Positions 57,304-64,000 of a stretch of DNA of 64,000 nt are shown one piece after another; positions within the stretch are counted from its first letter, which is position 1, and the number at the start of each line of letters is the position of its first letter. The notes under the pieces were generated by a model. The model searched no databases and was not told the DNA's origin. It saw nothing but the letters and a program-made list of their open reading frames with translations. The translations under genes and the position numbers were made by a program. This stretch comes from Promethearchaeota archaeon. GTDB taxonomy: Archaea > Asgardarchaeota > Lokiarchaeia > Sigyniarchaeales > SOKP01. The DNA lies in the NCBI GenBank assembly GCA_019058365.1, contig JAHPZE010000005.1, forward strand, positions 128,001-192,000, read 5' to 3'.

Positions 57304-58332
57304 TTATTGTACAATTTCGGATATAACTTGTTTGATAGTGTTATTGTTTACAAAATCCTCTAATTCTTGGAGACTCTTAGGTAAACCCTCTCGGACACCT
57401 ATTTCCAAACATTCTAAGTAAGACATAGCAGTTGCCATTTTTGATGTTTTCTCAAGAGAGAAATTATTTAGTCGGGAGATTAAGATTCCAGTTAGAAACG
57501 CGTCTCCCGCTCCCGTTGTATCCATAATTGAATCTTCTGCACTATAAACTCCACTATTTATAATAGTCTTTCCATCTGAGATAATTGAACCATTAGGGCC
57601 ATCAGTTATAGAGATTAATTTAATTCCCATGTCCAAGAAATTTTTAATCATAAGAGTTTTTTTATTTTCTCCAGTAAATTCTTGGGCTTCTTCTAAATTC
57701 ATAGATACTACATCAGAATTGGAAATTAGAATTTTTGCCCAATGTGAAGCATTTTTTATAATTGACATACTAGGAGCAGCAAAAACCATACCACCCTTGT
57801 CTTTTGTCAATGTTATTGCTTTTTCTATAGCTTTACACCCATCATCAGAAGTTAAAGATGTCCAAGCGAATGCTTTAACATTCCCAAATAATTTTTCGTT
57901 AATATCTGAAGGTTCTAATAGATTATTAGCACCTTTATAAGCAAGAATACTTCGATCTTTTCCCCATGGAGTTCTTAATATTATGGATAACGCTGTTGTA
58001 TCTCTCTCAGTTTGAATTACTTGAGATAGGTCTACACCCCGCTTCCTTAAATCGGTAAGACAAATTTCTGCTGAAAAATCGTTACCCATTACGCCAATAT
58101 AAGCACTATTTAATCCTAGCATTGAACCATTTGCAGCAATATTAGCACCTGACCCGCCTGGTACAAATCTAACACTTTTAACATTCAATTTACGAGAGTA
58201 TTCAATCGCTGTATACTTTTTAATAATATCTTTATCGAATAATTCAAAACGTAATATATCGTCAATCTCAATCATAATATCTAAAGTGTTACTCCCAATC
58301 GCAATTAATTCTGGGAAATTCATATTTATCAC
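57304..58332 (-). CDS. PfkB/ribokinase-family carbohydrate kinase
   Basis: PGGSGANIA, N.EEA, TDGPNGS and DTTGAGDAF motifs. Confidence 0.92.
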   Translation of the reverse strand: MINMNFPELIAIGSNTLDIMIEIDDILRFELFDKDIIKKYTAIEYSRKLNVKSVRFVPGGSGANIAANGSMLGLNSAYIGVMGNDFSAEICLTDLRKRGVDLSQVIQTERDTTALSIILRTPWGKDRSILAYKGANNLLEPSDINEKLFGNVKAFAWTSLTSDDGCKAIEKAITLTKDKGGMVFAAPSMSIIKNASHWAKILISNSDVVSMNLEEAQEFTGENKKTLMIKNFLDMGIKLISITDGPNGSIISDGKTIINSGVYSAEDSIMDTTGAGDAFLTGILISRLNNFSLEKTSKMATAMSYLECLEIGVREGLPKSLQELEDFVNNNTIKQVISEIVQ

Positions 58333-58462
58333 TTAAAAAATACAAAATTTTGATTTGTAGAATAAGTTTAAAATAGACATAAATCTTTTAATAATTTTGC
58401 TAAGAAATAATTTTTAGAAAATTTGAAGATTAGATTTATTCGTTGTTTTTCATTTATTGGTA

Positions 58463-59041
58463 TCATGATTCTTCTTTACTTTTGCTAACAAGCTTTCCCA
58501 TTTTTTTTGTCATGCGATGTGTAAGCTCTAGAAAGGCTTTTTCAACATTATCTCCACTTTTAGCTGATGTTTCAATATACAAACAGCCTTCTTTTTTAGC
58601 ATATTCCTCTACTTCACTCCTATCTATTATTTGACCAATTTCTGGAATTAAATCGGATTTATTCCCTATTATTACACTGGGGATATCATCAATTACTAGA
58701 CTCCGCATTTCTGAAAGCCATTCTTTCATACTTGAAAATGTTTGATGTCTTGAAAGATCAAATACAACCAATGCTCCAAATGCGCCTTCGTAAAAGCTAT
58801 GATGGAGAAATTTAAATTTTTCCTGACCTCCTATATCCCATATATGGAGTTTTACAAATTTTTCTGGTACGTATTCTATAGTTTTAGTTAAAAAATCAAC
58901 ACCAATAGTCAATTTATATTTTAAAGTAAATTCATTGTGCACGAACCTGTTTAATAGACTCGTTTTTCCTACTGCACCGGGCCCAATAATAATAACTTTG
59001 AAGCTTAAGATGGTGCTTGTTGCATTTGAGTTGTTATTCAT
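58463..59041 (-). CDS. Rab-like small GTPase
   Basis: G1 GPGAVGKT, G2 TIGVDF, G3 WDIGGQE, G4 GNKSD, G5 ETSAK. No C-terminal Cys. Confidence 0.93.
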   Translation of the reverse strand: MNNNSNATSTILSFKVIIIGPGAVGKTSLLNRFVHNEFTLKYKLTIGVDFLTKTIEYVPEKFVKLHIWDIGGQEKFKFLHHSFYEGAFGALVVFDLSRHQTFSSMKEWLSEMRSLVIDDIPSVIIGNKSDLIPEIGQIIDRSEVEEYAKKEGCLYIETSAKSGDNVEKAFLELTHRMTKKMGKLVSKSKEES

Positions 59042-59313
59042 TATATATCACCAGTTGGTGCAGTAATAGACTAACCAAATTAATGGAACATTTCCTAGAG
59101 TGATACATTTTTAATGCTAATTTTAATTTTATATTAGATCTATAATTATTTGTTATGTTTTTAAGTTTAATCAAAAGTATATTATTTTTTTGAAAATATC
59201 GGGATATTGAATTATCATCTTTACAAATAGATATTAATTAAATACTGACAATAGAATCAATTTTTATAAATTTTTGTTAAAAATATAAGCAAGTGAAAAA
59301 CAAAAAAATAATT

Positions 59314-59949
59314 TTATTCGTCTGATTTCAGTCGATTTAACTCTTTCTCTAATTCGGCTATCTTTTGATCAGATGTACCAGAAGCGGCACTAGGTAAGGC
59401 AACTCCCATTTCTACTTGGATTTCGGCATCAATTTCCCCTAAAACGTCCTTGACATCAGTATCGGTAACTGCTGTATCGACCATTATGTCACTTATTCCA
59501 TCAGTTGTGATTTCCTCGGTAACAGCAAAGTCTTCCATATCAACTCCAATAGAGGTCATCATTTCTGTAAGTTGAGGTATAGAAAGTTGGTTCTTTAATG
59601 CGCCTAGGCTTGCTGCAATCCCTTTCATTACTTCAGCAACATCCTTTACTGCATGAGCTTGTTCCAATTTAAACACCATTCCTTCAAGGTTTGTTCTGAA
59701 AAGGTCAATTGCTCTAGCTTGTTTTTTTACTTGTAAATAGTTACGAGCATGAAATTCTGAACCTTGCAAATCACCTTGTTTTCGAAGATTTACAGCCTTA
59801 TCTCTAGCTAGTTTTGCTGACATTTCCATTTTTTTAGTCTGTCTCGTCAGACGTTTGTTAAAAACTTTCAATTTAACTGTAGCAGTGCGGACATTATCAG
59901 TTTTTTTTCCACCAGACAGCCATTTTGAGATATCTTTTAGAAAACCCAT
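59314..59949 (-). CDS. ESCRT-III subunit (Vps2/24/46-like)
   Basis: Probable start at MGFLKDISKWL (amphipathic helix). Basic N-half and acidic C-half, A.NYLQ.KKQ, and a C-terminal MIM1-like IAELEKELNRLK. Confidence 0.88.
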   Translation of the reverse strand: MGFLKDISKWLSGGKKTDNVRTATVKLKVFNKRLTRQTKKMEMSAKLARDKAVNLRKQGDLQGSEFHARNYLQVKKQARAIDLFRTNLEGMVFKLEQAHAVKDVAEVMKGIAASLGALKNQLSIPQLTEMMTSIGVDMEDFAVTEEITTDGISDIMVDTAVTDTDVKDVLGEIDAEIQVEMGVALPSAASGTSDQKIAELEKELNRLKSDE

Positions 59950-60137
59950 CTTTATCAAATCTAATAAGTAATTATATAATATATAAATGCTATGATTGGT
60001 ATTTAATTTTTTGGAGACCAATCATTATTCTCCTTAGGTTAAAGAGTAAATTTGATATATGCTGATAAAATTATTAATATTACTAATTGTTAAATTAGAT
60101 TAGCTATAAATAATAAAATTATTTTTATGAAGTTATT

Positions 60138-61355
60138 ATGTCGTCAGTTGATTCGAAACTTTATCAATATGCTGTTCAAACGGCAAAGGAGGCAGTTGCT
60201 TTAGATAGCCAAGGAAAATTTCGTCAAGCAATAAATAAATACAATAGAGCTTCAGAAATTCTAATGCAGTTCATGAAATACAACAAAAATCCTCAGATGA
60301 GGATTTTATGTCAAAAAAATATCGAAGAATATGTTGAACGAGCAAAAATATTAAAATCTCAACTTGGAGGAGTTAGACCTAGAGGTGCAAGACCTAGTAC
60401 AAGTTCTGGTGCGGCGGGGGATGTTGATAGTGGTAAAACTGAGGTGGGTGTATCATCCGAAGAACAAGAACTCATTGATATGATATCGGGAACAATCGTT
60501 ACAGAATCTCCTAATGTAAAATGGAATGATATTGCTGGATTAGAAAATGTTAAACAAGCAGTAAGAGAAGCCATAGTATTACCAATGGCAAAACCAGAAT
60601 TATTTACTGGTGCGAGAAAGCCTTGGTCTGGTATATTACTATTTGGTCCTCCTGGATGCGGTAAAACATTATTAGCTAAAGCAGCTGCAACTGAATGTAA
60701 CGCTACTTTTTTTAGTGCATCTTCTGCTGATTTACTAAGTAAATGGTTAGGTGAAAGTGAAAAATTAATCAGTTCTTTATTTAAAGTTGCGAGGTTAAAA
60801 GCTCCTAGTTTAATATTTATGGATGAAATTGACTCAGTAGCAACAAAACGGGGAGAGGGTTCTGAGAGTGGTGGCGAGCGAAGAGTCAAAACACAGCTAT
60901 TAAGTGAAATACAAGGATTAAAATCGTCTCATGAAAAACTATTATTGGTATTAGGGGCAACAAATCGCCCTTGGGATATCGACAATGCTATGTTAAGTAG
61001 ATTTGAAAAAAGGGTGCATGTACCTCTTCCAGATTTAAAAGGTAGAGCGGGGATTTTTAAAATCCACACTGAAGGTGTAAATACAGCATTAACAGATGAA
61101 GATTTTGTAGAATTAGCAGTAAGGAGTGAAGGTTATTCTGGAAGAGATATTGCAAATGTATGTCGCGAAGTTATAATGTTGCCTGTACGTGAGTTAGATA
61201 TGAGCGGACTTTTAGAAGATTCAAATAAAGAAGTTACTGTTAGAGACATCACATTAAAAGATTTCAAAAAAACACTTAAAAAAGTAAAACCGATGACCAA
61301 TGCTGCATTATTAAGACAATATAATGCTTGGGCAGAAGAATTCGGAGAATTTTAA
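60138..61355 (+). CDS. vps4: Vps4 AAA ATPase with an N-terminal MIT domain
   Basis: MIT pattern AKEAVALD..G.F..A...Y...EYVERAKILK. Also GPPGCGKT, SKWLGESEK, MDEIDS, ATNRPWDID and EEFGE. Confidence 0.93.
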   Translation: MSSVDSKLYQYAVQTAKEAVALDSQGKFRQAINKYNRASEILMQFMKYNKNPQMRILCQKNIEEYVERAKILKSQLGGVRPRGARPSTSSGAAGDVDSGKTEVGVSSEEQELIDMISGTIVTESPNVKWNDIAGLENVKQAVREAIVLPMAKPELFTGARKPWSGILLFGPPGCGKTLLAKAAATECNATFFSASSADLLSKWLGESEKLISSLFKVARLKAPSLIFMDEIDSVATKRGEGSESGGERRVKTQLLSEIQGLKSSHEKLLLVLGATNRPWDIDNAMLSRFEKRVHVPLPDLKGRAGIFKIHTEGVNTALTDEDFVELAVRSEGYSGRDIANVCREVIMLPVRELDMSGLLEDSNKEVTVRDITLKDFKKTLKKVKPMTNAALLRQYNAWAEEFGEF

Positions 61356-61364
61356 ACAACTAAA

Positions 61365-62267
61365 ATGATAAAGATGGAAAGACACAGAGAAGAATCAAGT
61401 GAAATACCAAAGGAAATTAAAGTAAAAGCTGAAAAAGAGCTAAAAGAATTAAGGAATGAGCTTGCTAGGTTAAGACAGTTAAAAAAAGAAAAAGAACAAT
61501 TGGAAACAGAAGCAACTCAAAAACAAATCATTAAGCAAGAAGAGATTAAGACTACAGAATTAGACTATATAGAAGACCAATTTGACAAACTTGAAGAAAT
61601 TTTATCATCTAAGCGAGGTGAGATTGATAATAAAGTCTATCAACAACATGCTGATCAAATCGAAGCAGATTTGCAATCTCTTGAAGAAGAAATTATCGGA
61701 GAAAAGGGTTTAATAGAAAAAAAATTAACTGCTTATGATAATTTATTAGATGCTTATCCTTGGCTTGAGGAGGAAAGGAAAAAGTTTATGTATACGATGC
61801 CAGACAAAAATAAAGCCAAAATGGATTATATATCTTGGAAAACAGAATGGGCAAAAGTTCTCTTTGATTATGTGAGGTTTGCTGTACTTCACATTATTTA
61901 TACTAGAGAATTAATTACTCATAAACCATTTTCGAGTTTCACTCAGCGAGAGCATTACATTATAGAAATCGCTGAACAATTAATTAGTCAAAACCAAGCC
62001 AAATGGCTCTCAAAAAAGAAAGATAAATTAAGAGTCTATTGGAAAACACTTGATGTATGGTCAGATGAAATATATAATTGGGCATATGAAAATGGAAAAA
62101 TCGAGCCAATTATGATATATGAATTAAGAGAAGCAAAACAAGAAGACTTTAGTTCACTTCCATTAGAAGATTTGGAAGAGATTTTTAAGATTCTAGCAAA
62201 AAACCGTAAAGCAAAAGTTATGAAATTAGAGAATGGACAAATGGCTTTTAAAATAAAATTAGAATAA
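61365..62267 (+). CDS. ESCRT-II Vps25-like protein with an N-terminal coiled coil
   Basis: W..VLFDY and YWKTLDVWSDEIYNWAYENG...IYEL match the Vps25 winged-helix pattern. About 125 aa of coiled coil precede it. Confidence 0.8.
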   Translation: MIKMERHREESSEIPKEIKVKAEKELKELRNELARLRQLKKEKEQLETEATQKQIIKQEEIKTTELDYIEDQFDKLEEILSSKRGEIDNKVYQQHADQIEADLQSLEEEIIGEKGLIEKKLTAYDNLLDAYPWLEEERKKFMYTMPDKNKAKMDYISWKTEWAKVLFDYVRFAVLHIIYTRELITHKPFSSFTQREHYIIEIAEQLISQNQAKWLSKKKDKLRVYWKTLDVWSDEIYNWAYENGKIEPIMIYELREAKQEDFSSLPLEDLEEIFKILAKNRKAKVMKLENGQMAFKIKLE

Positions 62268-62272
62268 AATTC

Positions 62273-62986
62273 TCATATTGAGGGAAAGTACCATTGTTTC
62301 CCAGTTAAGATATTTTCCCTGAATTTAGCAATACCACTTTTTTCTAGGGATTCTAAAGCACGGAGAGTACGATCTTGTGACCATTCCAAGCTAGCACATA
62401 CATCTTCTAAAGTAAGAACACCTTTCTTTCTGGCTAAATCAACAACCTTTGCTTCATCACTCGTATATTCAATAGGAAAAAATTTTACAATGATTGCTCC
62501 TGAATCTAATTGGTTTATATCCTCAATTACCTTCGTTTTTTTCAACAATCTTAAAGATTTCTCGACATCTTTTACTTCAATATTTCCATTTAAAATTCCC
62601 GTATTTACTAATTCAAAGACTTCTGATAAGGGGATAATTCCTCCAGTTTCCTCTTTACTCATTAATACTCTTTGGTATGCTAACATTCCTAACTTTTGAT
62701 GATCAATTTTCGAGAATTTTCTCAATACATCATGCTCGGTTATTTGCTCAGTAATAATTTTTGAAGAGGGAATATTATATTTATTCTGTAATTGTTTTAC
62801 TTCTTTTCTTAATTCTGGTGTTAATGCTAATAAAACACCATGCTTCTTCGCTAATTCTCGCAGTTTATCTTTTGTAAATTTTTCAACAGACGCTTTTGCT
62901 TGCATATCTTTCATTTTCAGCTCAGTAGCTTTTTTTTTCATCGCTTCTTTTAGATCAATCTCATCTTCTATCTTTCGAATACCCAT
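62273..62986 (-). CDS. ESCRT-II Vps22/Vps36 (EAP30)-like protein
   Basis: TGGIIPLSEV, DVEKSLRLL and L.WS.DR...AL..L.K.G...WYFP motifs. Confidence 0.85.
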   Translation of the reverse strand: MGIRKIEDEIDLKEAMKKKATELKMKDMQAKASVEKFTKDKLRELAKKHGVLLALTPELRKEVKQLQNKYNIPSSKIITEQITEHDVLRKFSKIDHQKLGMLAYQRVLMSKEETGGIIPLSEVFELVNTGILNGNIEVKDVEKSLRLLKKTKVIEDINQLDSGAIIVKFFPIEYTSDEAKVVDLARKKGVLTLEDVCASLEWSQDRTLRALESLEKSGIAKFRENILTGKQWYFPSI

Positions 62987-63467
62987 TTTTAGATAACACT
63001 ATTTTTTAATACCTTTATTGATTAATTATAGAATCTTTCATATAATTATTTCTAACTATATAATTGAACTCCTTTCTTAACCAGATCTTTTCTATAATAT
63101 AATAATTTATTCTAATAATTAATTTGATTTACTTACTCTTATAATATAATAATATTTCTTTAATTTAATTGTTATGAATTACTTTCATTAACAAGAATTT
63201 AGAAAAAAATCTTAAAATTTCTTTTTCCACTAAAAATTTGGATAAACATAAAAAACTCATTAAATATATAAACTCTTAAATTAGATATAAGAATTTCTTA
63301 TTTCAAAATGAATATTAATTCTTTTGTATTTCAGCTAGATTCTAAATTTAAAACAAATTTAAAAGTATTAAATATTACTTAAATATTAGATAATTTTAAA
63401 TTGTTAAGAAATTAAAAAGAATAGATGAAAATCTTTTTTATATTAAAATATTAGAGAAGATTATATT

Positions 63468-64000
63468 ATGACATTAGTAGTTTGTTTAAAAGGGAAGGAT
63501 GGTCTAGTTCTTGCTGCTGATAGTCGTGGTACAATAGGAGATCCTAGAGGCTTAACAGCAATTAATGATTCAATGATTAAACTTTTTAAACTTAGTAATT
63601 ATGTAGGAGTTTTATCCTACGGTCAGGCAGAATTAGCTGCTCAATTAATACAAGAAATTAGAAATATATTAACGCCAGAAGATCATTACATCTCTCAAAT
63701 TGTAGCCAAAACAAGAAATATATTAAGAGCTAAATTTAATGAATGGTTTAAAAATATACCAATTGATAAAAGAGATAAAATTGTTGCTATAGGCTTTATT
63801 ATAGCTGGTCTTGAAGATGATAATACTGTAAAAACTTATTATTTAAATAGCGTTCTTGATTTTGCTCCTCAATTAGTAGTAACTGGTATAGCACTGGGAG
63901 GCGTACCACAATATGCGACATATTTAACTCATCGACTTTTTAATCCTGATATGTCAATTGAAGAATTGGTGAGTTTAGCACATTATGTTATAACTGAAAC
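63468..64000 (+). CDS. Propeptide-less proteasome beta-type (Ntn) protease-like protein, 3' partial, absent from the ORF track
   Basis: ATG at 63468 is open to the window end: MTLVVCLKGKDGLVLAADSRGT...IKLFKLSNYVGVLSYG...FIIAG...MSIEELVSLA. Thr1, Asp17, Arg19 and the Lys33/Gly47 equivalents are present. Confidence 0.8.
   Translation, partial: MTLVVCLKGKDGLVLAADSRGTIGDPRGLTAINDSMIKLFKLSNYVGVLSYGQAELAAQLIQEIRNILTPEDHYISQIVAKTRNILRAKFNEWFKNIPIDKRDKIVAIGFIIAGLEDDNTVKTYYLNSVLDFAPQLVVTGIALGGVPQYATYLTHRLFNPDMSIEELVSLAHYVITE

Noticed and set aside
59950-60021. N-terminal 24 aa of the listed ESCRT-III ORF
   Set aside because: This is probably promoter sequence; the ATG at 59949 gives the typical amphipathic start.
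880-62699. Many short ORFs overlapping longer genes (e.g. 1692-2024, 14147-14488, 18030-18449, 52313-52645, 60359-60889)
   Set aside because: They are antisense or off-frame shadows of well-supported genes and have no motifs of their own.
62987-63467. 480-bp very AT-rich gap as a replication origin
   Set aside because: No recognisable ORB repeats and no adjacent orc1/cdc6 gene; it is more simply a divergent promoter region.
1-64000. CRISPR array, rRNA genes, IS transposases, selenoprotein readthrough
   Set aside because: No regularly spaced repeats, rRNA-like tracts or transposase motifs were seen. The few TGA stops examined are not followed by convincing conserved coding sequence.

Overview
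This is AT-rich archaeal DNA with the gene content of an Asgard archaeon, most likely Lokiarchaeia. The assignment is inferred from ESCRT-II/III/Vps4 genes, a Rab-like GTPase, longin/roadblock-like proteins, archaeal ribosomal proteins uS15 and eS1, and a tRNA intron with a bulge-helix-bulge motif. From left to right the window holds: (1) the 3' end of an Ig-repeat surface protein. (2) A catabolic block: MFS transporters, acyl-CoA ligase, PIG-L deacetylase, pyrrolysine-free MttB, ADP-forming acyl-CoA synthetase alpha, three tandem GDPDs and an SCP2-like protein. (3) An RpoM-like zinc ribbon and a bacterial-type RNase III. (4) A 16-kb five-gene operon: a MacB/FtsE-type ATPase and two FtsX-type permeases bracketing a large anchored surface protein and a 1599-aa membrane subtilase with a cytoplasmic double zinc ribbon. 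This is the best candidate for an undescribed system. (5) Housekeeping genes, a beta-glucuronidase/GHMP kinase pair, an alpha3-truncated histone, nikR/larC/larB and pgk. (6) A rearranged accessory patch between tRNA-Val and tRNA-Gly, with a frameshifted MNT-HEPN pair, a 60-bp direct repeat and a gene fragment. (7) A Rab/ESCRT-III/Vps4/Vps25/Vps22 locus. (8) At the right edge, a propeptide-less proteasome-beta-like gene missing from the ORF track. All assignments come from reading motifs by eye; no database searches were run.
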